From: a virus
Taxonomy: Duplodnaviria; Caudoviricetes
Length of the DNA stretch: 64,000 bases
Direction: 5' to 3' (one strand)
Virus record (IMG/VR): IMGVR_UViG_3300020577_007013
Below, piece after piece: positions 37,705-46,818 of this stretch. Numbering within the stretch: the stretch's first letter is position 1; each line of letters starts with the position of its first letter. A program made the position numbers and the translations under genes. The notes under the pieces are model-generated. The model ran no database searches and had not been told where the DNA came from. It worked only from the letters and a program-made list of their open reading frames with translations.

Positions 37705-38714
37705 TGGAGAATTTGGTCCATTGTCATATTTGACGTCACCAATTTCATGCCTGCTGCTTCAAACTTCTTTAAAGCTTTTTGTGCTTCATCTGTGAAGTCC
37801 ACTACTCCTGGAACTACAACAGATGACATACAGTCTTCAAGAATGTGAACTTTCTTGGCAAGACTCGGATCCTTGACAAGAATTTCTGAGAGAAGATCAT
37901 CGATGGAACTTTTCACACAATGACTTGCAGCTTGACCGGCAATGATCATCGCATCAGCTTCGCAAAGTTTCTCAATGAACTTGACATTCTTTTGAGTGAG
38001 AGGCTGACCATCATGTCGTGATAGAACTTCAGGACTGAAGACAGAGTAGTTCTCTGTAAGTGGATGACCACCCTTGACTTCAGAGTGAGACTCACTTCCT
38101 CTGACAAATGAGTGGAACATTCTTGCTTCTTGAATGATCCCGACAAGTGGATGTCCGTCTCCACCTAGTAGACAATGAGGTGGCCAGAGATAGAGTTGAT
38201 ACTTTCCATTTTTCTCAAGCTGTTCGCAGTAGTGTATGCACTGACTGACAAGCCAACTGTAATTCGAGTTGCATAACCATGGGACAACTGAAGCATTAGG
38301 TTTGTATTTTCCTGACTTGACATCTGCACTTGATATTACCGTATGAGCTTTGAGCGGTTGATCATTTACATCAAGCCAGAACCATGGAAAGAAAATCTGA
38401 TAGGAAAGATGGGTATCGAGAGTTGTGGTGATATTTGTGAGTCGATCTACATTGTTATAGATGAACTGAGCAATTTTCTTGGAGTCTTCAACTGCTCCTG
38501 TTCCTGTTCGTCCACCTACATAGAGAGTTCCTTCAGGAAAGCAGAAGTCTTTTTGTACATCGATTAGAAGGAGATGTACCTTTTCCTTGTCCGATCCCAT
38601 TGAAGGAATTTTATTGGCTTTCTTAAAATCGAAAGCTTCATCAGCTACCTTTTGAATGTCAGGGTTGTAACCCCATTTACAGTTCTTTTCATCGTAAAAT
38701 TTTGGTTTATTCAT
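37701..38714 (-). CDS. Nicotinamidase/isochorismatase-family cysteine hydrolase
   Basis: LIDVQKDF, TLDTH, WPPHC, VKG, AGQAASHCV (D-K-C triad). Confidence 0.88.
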   Translation of the reverse strand: MNKPKFYDEKNCKWGYNPDIQKVADEAFDFKKANKIPSMGSDKEKVHLLLIDVQKDFCFPEGTLYVGGRTGTGAVEDSKKIAQFIYNNVDRLTNITTTLDTHLSYQIFFPWFWLDVNDQPLKAHTVISSADVKSGKYKPNASVVPWLCNSNYSWLVSQCIHYCEQLEKNGKYQLYLWPPHCLLGGDGHPLVGIIQEARMFHSFVRGSESHSEVKGGHPLTENYSVFSPEVLSRHDGQPLTQKNVKFIEKLCEADAMIIAGQAASHCVKSSIDDLLSEILVKDPSLAKKVHILEDCMSSVVVPGVVDFTDEAQKALKKFEAAGMKLVTSNMTMDQILQ

Positions 38715-38722
38715 GAATTAGG

Positions 38723-38766
38723 TATATTACCTATTTCGAGATTCTGTCCTACGAAAACTAATTTTT
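38723..38766. promoter_or_regulatory. Back-to-back promoters: TAATATA (minus, 38729-38723) and ACTAAT (plus, 38757-38762)
   Basis: 52-nt divergent gap carrying both motifs at their usual spacing. Confidence 0.55.
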
Positions 38767-39060
38767 ATGGAACGTTACAAGAGTTTTTTCGAATCTCAAG
38801 AGCCTAAAATTGTGAAGGTAGATACTGCACAATTCAATGAGATTAAAGATGCTTTTGATGAGTCCATGAATGTTTATTCGATCAATGGAAGAGACTCATT
38901 TTATTTAGCTTTCTCTAAAGACCTTTCCCAATCCAATGTAGTTCATGTTTTCGAATATATCGAAAATCTCGGTTTTGACTATTTCAAGGAATTGACTGAA
39001 GATGAAAAAAGTGGCTTAGGAATTAAAGGTCATACAATTATTGAAGTAATTCCTAATTGA
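38767..39060 (+). CDS. Acidic protein with N-terminal YKSFFE tag
   Basis: MERYKSFFESQE; ACTAAT-N4-ATG. Confidence 0.6.
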   Translation: MERYKSFFESQEPKIVKVDTAQFNEIKDAFDESMNVYSINGRDSFYLAFSKDLSQSNVVHVFEYIENLGFDYFKELTEDEKSGLGIKGHTIIEVIPN

Positions 39061-40186
39061 AGATTTTCATAGACTTTAGAACAAACTCAGTTCCTTTAAT
39101 CGGATCCATTTCCAATCTTTTTGAAAAGTCTCTATGAGTATCGTCTTCCTTTATTGGAAGTACCCAAATATTGTCAACGAATTTTGAAAGTTTCCAGATC
39201 ATAGAATAACTCGCAACGTCATGATTAGGAATTATAATTTTCTTCTTCTTGAATTTAGCTAACTCTTTTTGTTGAGAGTCATTCTTACTTCCTGCAGTTC
39301 CGAAAAGACAAGTACTGTTTTTACTGAATCGATATAGTTTAGGAAGAGAGCCTGTTCCTTCACTTATATAAAGATCACTGTCAAGATCAAGTTCCTCTCT
39401 ATTAAAGAGAGTCTCTTTCTGATCTGAATTTCCTGGATAGAGAACCTTTGGTTTGAGTAAATAGAGTAGTTTGTCATTTTCAATTTTCTCTCCATTCTGA
39501 TAGAGAATTCCTTTCTTATAGACTATCATTTTATTGGAGCAATGCTTTTTGAGCTCGTCTTTGAGACTATCGAGAACTTCAGGAAATTCCACTCTATCAG
39601 ATGAATGAAAGAAATCAAAAAGATAGTTGATCTCTTTAAGTCTTCTTGCTTCAAATGTCTGAATCTTTTTCTCTTTATCAATAATAGGAATTATGAGAAA
39701 GTCTTTAAACCAACCACTTTTACATTCTTTGATTTTGAATTTATCTAGAAAGTCTTTATCGAACTCTCTTTGTCTTGTATACAAATATTTCGAAGGATCA
39801 AAGTCCACAAGATCAAGATCTTCCAATTTGAAGGATTCGTTTTTGATCTTGGAGAGTTTCTCAATGAGATCTTCTCTAAGTCTCTTTCTTCTATTTCCGA
39901 GAGACTCTACAAACTTGTCTTCCTTCTCCACTCCTAAAAATTCTAGAGCTTCTGAGTATGAGAGACCCCTTAAGTCCATCACCATTCTCGTGAGATTCTT
40001 TCCTGGAACTTTGCAAGAAAAACAAGAGAAAGCTCCTGTCTTTACATTGACTCCTGAATTTATCAGATCTGTGGAGTGATAGGGACAAAGACAAGGAAGC
40101 CATCCATTCCTAGAACGACCTTCATTTTTGACCCCTAATCTATTTAGAGTTGAAAGTACAAGTGACTCATTGATTTGAATCCCCAT
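39053..40186 (-). CDS. DNA primase-like protein (CHC2 zinc finger plus TOPRIM)
   Basis: CPYH...FSCFSC, EALEFL, IIPI, YISEG; DxD appears as NHD. Confidence 0.75.
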   Translation of the reverse strand: MGIQINESLVLSTLNRLGVKNEGRSRNGWLPCLCPYHSTDLINSGVNVKTGAFSCFSCKVPGKNLTRMVMDLRGLSYSEALEFLGVEKEDKFVESLGNRRKRLREDLIEKLSKIKNESFKLEDLDLVDFDPSKYLYTRQREFDKDFLDKFKIKECKSGWFKDFLIIPIIDKEKKIQTFEARRLKEINYLFDFFHSSDRVEFPEVLDSLKDELKKHCSNKMIVYKKGILYQNGEKIENDKLLYLLKPKVLYPGNSDQKETLFNREELDLDSDLYISEGTGSLPKLYRFSKNSTCLFGTAGSKNDSQQKELAKFKKKKIIIPNHDVASYSMIWKLSKFVDNIWVLPIKEDDTHRDFSKRLEMDPIKGTEFVLKSMKIFN

Positions 40187-40514
40187 TTTCTTTTCCTTTT
40201 CTAAATTTTAATTCAGTAACAAACTCGTAGAAGTCTGAAGTATTGAATCCTTTGTCTTTGAAAAATTCATCCAACATATCTTCGATACTTTTCATTTTCG
40301 ATTCAGAAGCTTCAGTCTTCTCAGAAAGATCTTTCATTTCTGTGTAAGCAGTAATAAGCTCCTCTTCCATTTCTTGAAGCTTTTCCATAATTATTTTAGA
40401 CTGATCTGAAAGTGTGGAAATAATTTGATCTTTCTCAAAGAGCTGGACCATTAGTGAGTCCATAAACTCTTGTATTTCTTCTTTGGATGCATTATTCATA
40501 AAGTCCGGTGTCAT
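40167..40514 (-). CDS. Acidic coiled-coil protein
   Basis: ORF in operon. Confidence 0.6.
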   Translation of the reverse strand: MTPDFMNNASKEEIQEFMDSLMVQLFEKDQIISTLSDQSKIIMEKLQEMEEELITAYTEMKDLSEKTEASESKMKSIEDMLDEFFKDKGFNTSDFYEFVTELKFRKGKENGDSNQ

Positions 40515-41455
40515 TTTACTCTCTCCATATATTCGAAAGCACAGTCGACTATGTCTTTCGGAGTTTCTTTTTCTTGAGATTTTAGGAATAGTTTAAAAGT
40601 TGCTTCTAATGAAGCGTCTTTGAAGTCTGATAGACTTTTCGATTGAGACTGAACTGTGCTTTTGGTGACAAAAGAGATTCCTTTATCTCTAATGTGATAT
40701 CCATTATAAAGTTCGTATACAGATTTTTTCGATGGTGCTTCGTAGACATTATAGAGGTTTGCTTTATTTTCAGGGAGCTCACCGTACTTAATATCCACAA
40801 TTTCCATATAAATTGGAAGTGTCTCAGAAGTCCACTCTCCATTCTCAATGACTATTACACGTTTAGTCTCTGACTGTTCCAAATTTCTAGTAGTTTGAGG
40901 CACACCGACCATGACGTTTAAGTGACCTAGCTCATCAGTGAACTCTGAAGAAACATGAATATGGCCGTGTAAGTAAGCCTTAGCTTTACAATTGAGCTGA
41001 ATCCCTTCAGAATTGAATTGATATTTAGGTGGAGTTATGTGAGTGACCACGTAGTCGTATTCATTCACATTCGATTGATATTCCAACATCTCTTTATGAG
41101 AGTATCTGTAAGGCAACATGAGAAATGACTGACCTTCAATTTTAACTTCTGACTGTTGAAAGTAAATCTTCACATTTTCCACTTTTTCTAGTGCCAATAA
41201 AGCCGATCCTTTGATCTGTGAGTACTCATGATTACCATGAACAATATGTATCTCTCCTTCGAACATCTTGCAAAAGAGTAGAAACTCTGTAAAGACTTCC
41301 CATCTAGGAGATGAGGTATCGAAAAGATCTCCAGTAAAGATCAATGTACAGTCATGATATTTTTCTCGAAAATAATTTAGAAGTTTTTTCTGTCCAGTCC
41401 AGTGAGGCTCTGAAGACTTAAGATGGAAGTCGCCGATTACAACGATTCTTTTCAT
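40511..41455 (-). CDS. SbcD/Mre11/gp47-like nuclease subunit
   Basis: GDFH, GDLFD, GNHE, TH, GHIH. Confidence 0.85.
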   Translation of the reverse strand: MKRIVVIGDFHLKSSEPHWTGQKKLLNYFREKYHDCTLIFTGDLFDTSSPRWEVFTEFLLFCKMFEGEIHIVHGNHEYSQIKGSALLALEKVENVKIYFQQSEVKIEGQSFLMLPYRYSHKEMLEYQSNVNEYDYVVTHITPPKYQFNSEGIQLNCKAKAYLHGHIHVSSEFTDELGHLNVMVGVPQTTRNLEQSETKRVIVIENGEWTSETLPIYMEIVDIKYGELPENKANLYNVYEAPSKKSVYELYNGYHIRDKGISFVTKSTVQSQSKSLSDFKDASLEATFKLFLKSQEKETPKDIVDCAFEYMERVK

Positions 41456-41470
41456 TATGCTAGCTTAGTT

Positions 41471-42568
41471 CTATCCAGCTGAAGCTCGTCTTCTCGGAGT
41501 TACGTTCTCTTGTAAAGGCCTGTCATTGAGTTTTTTCACTCCATTAATGACCTTCAGAAGAGTGTAATCGATAAGCTCTTTTGAAATGTAAGAGTAATTA
41601 AAGAGAGAGTAGAGAGTCTCTAAAGTAAAATCTACGACCTCATTACTTATATTATGAAGACCTTTGATGAGAGATGATCTATACTTTCCTAGGTCCACAC
41701 CCATTTGTTTTTTGTAAATGGAAATTATCATTCGACGTATCTGTTCTAATGACTCATCAGTGACTTCTGAATAGAAGATTTGCTCATTCCCAGTAAGAAG
41801 TCTTTCAGTGAGTTCGAAAATAGTCTTCTCACTTGCTATACTTAATTCCTTGAATAATTCATCTTCAGTCCAAATGTCTCCATTGAGAACTCTATCGAGC
41901 ATCATAAGAGATGTCCTCATTGATCCTTTAGAGTTCTCAGCAATAGCGATAAGCACATTCATCTTTACTTCATCAAGAGTGACTTCTTTCTTTTTGCAAA
42001 TGTCAACCAAAGCTTTTGCTACATCTTCATCATCTATAGGCTTGAGTTTGAACGGGACAGTTCTATTTTTAAGAGCGTCTGATGTTTTCTTATCATCCAT
42101 TGAAGTAAGAATGAAACAAACATTCTTCTTATTCTCCAATATCGAAAGAAAATCATCGTGAGCCTTACTACTTGCAAGTACTTTTTGAAATTCATTTATA
42201 AAAATGACTTTTTTCTTTGTGACTAAAGACTTTGTACTTGAAATTTGTTCAACAACAGAGACTTCGTCTTTATTAAAAGACGCTCCATTAAATTCGAAGC
42301 AATCCATAATAAAAGTCTCATCCATGATATCTTTGCAATTTTTACACTTACCACAAGGATTTCCTGTCTTCATATCAAGATCTGTACATTTCATTGACAT
42401 AGCTGCAATACGAGCAAGTGAAGTTTTTCCTGTACCACTTGACCCACTAAAATAAATGGCTGACGGCCAATTATTTTCTATCGCACGTTTTCTCAGTTCC
42501 TTAACGATCTTAGTATGTCCGACAACAGTGTCCCAATTATAGGGACGGACTTCTTGATATAAATTCAT
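41471..42568 (-). CDS. dnaX: Clamp-loader ATPase, DnaX (gamma/tau)-like
   Basis: LYQEVRP...VVGH, GSSGTGKTS, PCGKCKNC, GSMR; Walker B reads INE. Confidence 0.85.
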   Translation of the reverse strand: MNLYQEVRPYNWDTVVGHTKIVKELRKRAIENNWPSAIYFSGSSGTGKTSLARIAAMSMKCTDLDMKTGNPCGKCKNCKDIMDETFIMDCFEFNGASFNKDEVSVVEQISSTKSLVTKKKVIFINEFQKVLASSKAHDDFLSILENKKNVCFILTSMDDKKTSDALKNRTVPFKLKPIDDEDVAKALVDICKKKEVTLDEVKMNVLIAIAENSKGSMRTSLMMLDRVLNGDIWTEDELFKELSIASEKTIFELTERLLTGNEQIFYSEVTDESLEQIRRMIISIYKKQMGVDLGKYRSSLIKGLHNISNEVVDFTLETLYSLFNYSYISKELIDYTLLKVINGVKKLNDRPLQENVTPRRRASAG

Positions 42569-42852
42569 GGGAAAGGTATCTCCATTTGTGTATTTTCTTC
42601 TTGTTCTTCGGGTCTTCTGAGAAATGAGGAGTCATAAAGAGGGAGTAGTAGATTTCTCTCCAACATCACTTGATGAAGTTCCTCACAAAAATTGTTTGCT
42701 TCTTCGTTATCATGAAATGTCAACGATTTTATGACCCCATTTATGTAATGCAATGAGACAATTTCCTTTGATCCTGGAAAAACATTTCCTGATCTTTCTA
42801 TCTCAAGTATATTACTAAGACTGTGAAGAGAATTATTATGTGAGAAAAACAT
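42565..42852 (-). CDS. Hypothetical protein
   Basis: AAGGAG RBS. Confidence 0.55.
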   Translation of the reverse strand: MFFSHNNSLHSLSNILEIERSGNVFPGSKEIVSLHYINGVIKSLTFHDNEEANNFCEELHQVMLERNLLLPLYDSSFLRRPEEQEENTQMEIPFP

Positions 42853-42861
42853 GAAGTCTCC

Positions 42862-43569
42862 TTAAAATATCGAAATCGCTTCTTCAAGATTCTCGATATC
42901 GTCTTTCTTGATTTTCTCTAAAGCTTTTTCTTTCTTGGTATCGTCTACCATCTCTTTGTATTTGAGCTTGACCGCTTCCAAAAAGTTTTTCTTCTTAATT
43001 CCAGTTCTTTCTTCTACAGCAGCAGAATTGATAATCTTGATTGAGTCTGATGCATTGCAGATCTCAGCTTGAAGTGGAAGAGATAATTCGAGAAGTCTCT
43101 TCATGAGCTCAGAAGTATAGATATCAAGTTGATTGATATTTTCTCCTGGAAAAATTTTAAACCAAACATCAAGAAGTTCGTCTTGATCAGCTTCTTCCAT
43201 TTCTTGGAATCGTTGAGAGAACACAATTTGTTTGTCTTCCATCGGATCTGTAATCTCAATCTTTACCCCTCTTTCAAGAAGTTTTTTGTTTATCTCATCT
43301 GACTTTCCTAAAAGTTGAAAGTATCTCACCAATGTGACAAACTTATCTAAAATTGCATCCATTTTTGGAGGAGAATCTTCTTTCGGGTATCCACCTTTAT
43401 AGTAGATCATATCATGAATAAACTTCAGATCAGATTTTTCTCTTCCCGTAAGATGTTGAAAAATCTTCTTTATTGGAGTAAACTTCTCACCGTAATACTG
43501 TTCATTAATGAGGAACCGGATTTGTCCAGAGTCCTCAACTGTTTTTGTGTAGAATTCTTGATCTTGCAT
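42862..43569 (-). CDS. Hypothetical helical protein; C-terminus weakly like T4 DsbA/GapR DNA-binding proteins
   Basis: AVEERTGIKKKNFLEAVKLKYK; TATTATA 8 nt upstream. Confidence 0.5.
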   Translation of the reverse strand: MQDQEFYTKTVEDSGQIRFLINEQYYGEKFTPIKKIFQHLTGREKSDLKFIHDMIYYKGGYPKEDSPPKMDAILDKFVTLVRYFQLLGKSDEINKKLLERGVKIEITDPMEDKQIVFSQRFQEMEEADQDELLDVWFKIFPGENINQLDIYTSELMKRLLELSLPLQAEICNASDSIKIINSAAVEERTGIKKKNFLEAVKLKYKEMVDDTKKEKALEKIKKDDIENLEEAISIF

Positions 43570-43609
43570 GGTACATTTATAATAGACCTTATGGAAGTAA
43601 CTAGCTTAT

Positions 43610-44095
43610 GTGGCCAAGACAATAGTTGGGGTAGATAATGGAACATCAGGGGCACTGACTATTATCGGAGAAGACAAAGTCATTTTCATTAAGACTCCTA
43701 TCAAACATGAGAAGTCTTATACAAAAAAGCCACAGACTATCTCTAGGATTGACTTCAATAAACTGACAGAGTTTTTGAGAGAGAATATTAAGGATCCATC
43801 AAACTGTCTAGCAGTTCTAGAGCGACCACTCATAAACCCCAGGAAATTCAAGACGACCCAATCGGCAATGAGATCTCTGGAAGCAACTCTTATTTGTTTA
43901 GAATCTTTCGGAATTGAAGTAAAGTATATTGACAGTAAAGAATGGCAAAGACATTTTTTTCCTGAAGTAGAAGGGAGAGAAAACTTAAAAGCTGCTTCCC
44001 TTAAATATGGTACTGAGAAATATCCAGAATTAGAATTCGAAGACGATGCTGATTCTCTTCTTATCGCCGAGTACGCTGAGAAGTTCCTTTCATAA
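43610..44095 (+). CDS. RuvC-like Holliday junction resolvase
   Basis: IVGVDNGTSGA, AVLERP, EWQ, DDADSLLIAEY. Confidence 0.8.
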   Translation: MAKTIVGVDNGTSGALTIIGEDKVIFIKTPIKHEKSYTKKPQTISRIDFNKLTEFLRENIKDPSNCLAVLERPLINPRKFKTTQSAMRSLEATLICLESFGIEVKYIDSKEWQRHFFPEVEGRENLKAASLKYGTEKYPELEFEDDADSLLIAEYAEKFLS

Positions 44096-44459
44096 CTTTA
44101 TTTCTTACAACTCTAGCTTGAGAAATAGTTCCGAATGTTCCGTAATGAACGTTCTCTATTGCTACACAAAATTTTCCATTCTTAGTTCTAATAATGTACT
44201 TGTCTTTGTCGGTTCTCTTTCTTCTGATCGGTTTAATCTTCATTGAAAGAAGCTTTTTCTTGTACTCTTTGACGTCAGAAGGATAGAGATAATTGACAAG
44301 ATCTTCTGTAGTCCATTTTCCATTCTTTTTGACATTTCTAAGAATAGCTCTCCTCTTCTTATTTTTTTCTACAATCCTCCATCCTTCAGTCGGAGGATAA
44401 GTGTGGATTTGCTCGACTATAACGATAGTCTGATATGAATTTACGAGTTTGATTCTCAA
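44061..44459 (-). CDS. Basic protein with C-terminal AP2-like DNA-binding motif
   Basis: GKFCVAI..HYGTFGTISQARVVRN; paralogue of next gene. Confidence 0.55.
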   Translation of the reverse strand: MRIKLVNSYQTIVIVEQIHTYPPTEGWRIVEKNKKRRAILRNVKKNGKWTTEDLVNYLYPSDVKEYKKKLLSMKIKPIRRKRTDKDKYIIRTKNGKFCVAIENVHYGTFGTISQARVVRNKVMKGTSQRTRR

Positions 44460-44863
44460 GCTGCTTTTCTCTCTTGTTCTTTAATGTAATTGTCTCTAAG
44501 CTTAATTGCTTTTTCCTTTTCTGACTCTGTTCCTACATAAGTGCCATTAACTTTGACTGAATAGACTATGCTTCGTCTATGATGGAGTTTATAAATATAC
44601 ATGTCTCCTAAATCACCGTTGATGATCTTCTTTTTACCAGCAAGTTTGACTCCAATGGTCTCTAATAATCTTTTGTACTCTGGAATAAAATCTTTCTTTA
44701 CGTAGCGTATGAAGTCTTCTACAATAAAATTTCTTTGGACCCTTAGATCTCTGACAATTTTTCTTTCACCGTTTTCCTTAATCATCCTCCAATCTCCTGT
44801 AGGAGGATTACCTATACAGTCGATATTGAGTCTATCTTTGTAGTTTGTAAGTTTTAATTCCAT
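44456..44863 (-). CDS. Basic protein with C-terminal AP2-like motif
   Basis: PPTGDWR shared with PPTEGWR; YVGTESEKEKAIKLRD. Confidence 0.55.
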   Translation of the reverse strand: MELKLTNYKDRLNIDCIGNPPTGDWRMIKENGERKIVRDLRVQRNFIVEDFIRYVKKDFIPEYKRLLETIGVKLAGKKKIINGDLGDMYIYKLHHRRSIVYSVKVNGTYVGTESEKEKAIKLRDNYIKEQERKAA

Positions 44864-44866
44864 TTT

Positions 44867-45130
44867 TTACTCCCAAGAAGTGTCTACATTACTTTTCTTT
44901 GAATATGGTGAAGGATGGGCAACCACATTTGTTTTGTATCCATTCTTTGCATTTCCTACTTTTCCTTCTGCTACGTAAGTCGCAGGTGCACCGTTTGAAA
45001 AGTCTCTAGTAGTATTTGTTGACTTACAATTTGGACATTCTGGATGTTCAGGAAAGTTTTCTTTGATGGAGTCTTTTTTGTACTCCCAATTATTTTGGCA
45101 GTCTTTACAATCATAATTCGATGTCTGCAT
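44867..45130 (-). CDS. FmdB-type zinc-ribbon protein
   Basis: YDCKDC...ECPNCKS. Confidence 0.7.
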   Translation of the reverse strand: MQTSNYDCKDCQNNWEYKKDSIKENFPEHPECPNCKSTNTTRDFSNGAPATYVAEGKVGNAKNGYKTNVVAHPSPYSKKSNVDTSWE

Positions 45131-45137
45131 TGCGTTG

Positions 45138-45290
45138 TTAATCCCCTAATCCTGAAAAAATTTCTAAAAAAGATGAAATGAGGTCGACAAGTGCTTCAAC
45201 AATAAGTGACATGACTTGAAACCTAAGTAGTACCGTAAGGAATCCTACAAGTCCTATTGCTGAAAATAGAATAATCCATCCAGTACTCAT
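45138..45290 (-). CDS. Small membrane protein (50 aa, missed by ORF track)
   Basis: MSTGWIILFSAIGLVGFLTVLL... Confidence 0.5.
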   Translation of the reverse strand: MSTGWIILFSAIGLVGFLTVLLRFQVMSLIVEALVDLISSFLEIFSGLGD

Positions 45291-45397
45291 TTTCTCTTCA
45301 TTTCCTTCTTGTAGAGTCTATCAGTGACTTTGTAAAGTTTGATGACTGCAATAATCATTGCTATAAAAAAGAATGCAACGATTCCGTATCCGAACAT
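45287..45397 (-). CDS. Small membrane peptide (36 aa, missed by ORF track)
   Basis: MFGYGIVAFFFIAMIIAVIK...; translationally coupled on both sides. Confidence 0.5.
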   Translation of the reverse strand: MFGYGIVAFFFIAMIIAVIKLYKVTDRLYKKEMKRK

Positions 45398-45624
45398 TAT
45401 TTCTTAAGATATTTATATGCGAGATATCCTACTCCACCAAGAAGTGCGATAAAGAAGATTACTTTAAAGAATGAGAATAAAAGCAACTCTCCAACAGCGA
45501 GTCCAAATGAGAAGAGAATGTAAATGAATACATTTGATTTGACTGTAGAACTCCCATTTAACTTTTCTAGGAGTTTGTAGTTCACGAACGTGAGTACGGC
45601 GAGAATGAGTATATTGACTAGCAT
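45397..45624 (-). CDS. Small multi-pass membrane protein
   Basis: About three hydrophobic helices, basic C-terminus. Confidence 0.6.
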   Translation of the reverse strand: MLVNILILAVLTFVNYKLLEKLNGSSTVKSNVFIYILFSFGLAVGELLLFSFFKVIFFIALLGGVGYLAYKYLKK

Positions 45625-45966
45625 TTATTTTCCCCTTTCGTCTATATTAAATTCTTTTTCAGTAATCTTAAGCTTCTTAGCTAAATTAAGAGCCACTGAT
45701 CTGTATTTTATATTAGAACTTTCGCATTCGTCCAGTTTTTTCTCTAAGTCACTCGTTGACTTTTTGTCATTTTTAGTTCTATAAATCAAGTCGACAAGTC
45801 TAGAAGATTGAAGAGCGACTAAGAATATGAGAAAAATTCCTAGAATCTTTGCTATTAACACTTTCTCTTGAATAAATTTTCTCCAGAGAATAGAGTAGTA
45901 GAGCTTGATTTTGGAAAATGCTTTCTCTTTAAAGTTTGCCCATTGGACCTTGGTCTCTAATTTCAT
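45625..45966 (-). CDS. Single-pass membrane protein with coiled coil
   Basis: ILGIFLIFLVAL then heptads. Confidence 0.6.
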   Translation of the reverse strand: MKLETKVQWANFKEKAFSKIKLYYSILWRKFIQEKVLIAKILGIFLIFLVALQSSRLVDLIYRTKNDKKSTSDLEKKLDECESSNIKYRSVALNLAKKLKITEKEFNIDERGK

Positions 45967-46604
45967 TCTTCTCCTGGAGTAATATCATATTCCTTATCAG
46001 GAATCTGAAGTTTTTCGATTTGGAGATATTTATTATCATTGGTGACTTTTTCTTCATGAGCAGTTAAAGCTTTCAAACAATTCTCCAATAGTCTTTGTTC
46101 ATCGTCTAAACGTTTTGTCTTGACAATAATGTCACGATTTATGAAAGCTCTAGATTCGAGTCTCGCAGAGACTTCGAAGATAATAGTCTTGAGAGTATTT
46201 GCATTCTCATCCCAATTCCTTTGATGAGCTTTAATTTGTTGTTCTTGAAGTTCAAGCCGATCTTTCAAGATGGCCAATTCCAAGACTCTTTCTTTGTCTT
46301 CTTTTTCGAACTTTTCTCTAAGAGCTCTTTGCTTACTCTTATGCATTTGTGACTGTTGAACAATTGTTCCTTCCAAAGAAGAGATCTTATCCTCTAACTC
46401 CTTTCTTTGTTTGTTCCATTCTACGTGATCTCTTTGACGAGTATCACTGCATTCTTTTCTTAAGTCATTGGCTTGTTTTTCTAGAGACTCTTTATAGTTT
46501 TTCTCTCGAATTTCTTGAGTTACCTGAAAGTCTTTCTTGAGTTTAAGCCCAAGATTTGTAAGTTTTCTGTGCTGACGTGTAGCCAGCCATCTTGTAAAAA
46601 ACAT
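45963..46604 (-). CDS. Coiled-coil protein
   Basis: Heptad-rich ORF. Confidence 0.6.
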   Translation of the reverse strand: MFFTRWLATRQHRKLTNLGLKLKKDFQVTQEIREKNYKESLEKQANDLRKECSDTRQRDHVEWNKQRKELEDKISSLEGTIVQQSQMHKSKQRALREKFEKEDKERVLELAILKDRLELQEQQIKAHQRNWDENANTLKTIIFEVSARLESRAFINRDIIVKTKRLDDEQRLLENCLKALTAHEEKVTNDNKYLQIEKLQIPDKEYDITPGEE

Positions 46605-46638
46605 CTTACCTAGAGTATATTATGAATTCTGGAGTCGA

Positions 46639-46818
46639 CTAAATTTTCTCGATTTCTGTCGGTAAAGCTTGAAGTAATAGTTGGTGATTGTCTAAGTCGA
46701 GTACGTAGGACTCAGGATCTTCGTAGATATCGAAGATTTTTCCTTCCATTCCTTCTGCCTTAAAGAAAAAAGAGTTTTGTTTTTTGATTCTGATTCGATC
46801 GCCGATTTTAAGTGCCAC
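46639..46818 (-). CDS. Small KOW/SH3-like protein (59 aa, missed by ORF track)
   Basis: GTG start; MALKIGDRIRIK... Confidence 0.5.
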   Translation of the reverse strand: MALKIGDRIRIKKQNSFFFKAEGMEGKIFDIYEDPESYVLDLDNHQLLLQALPTEIEKI

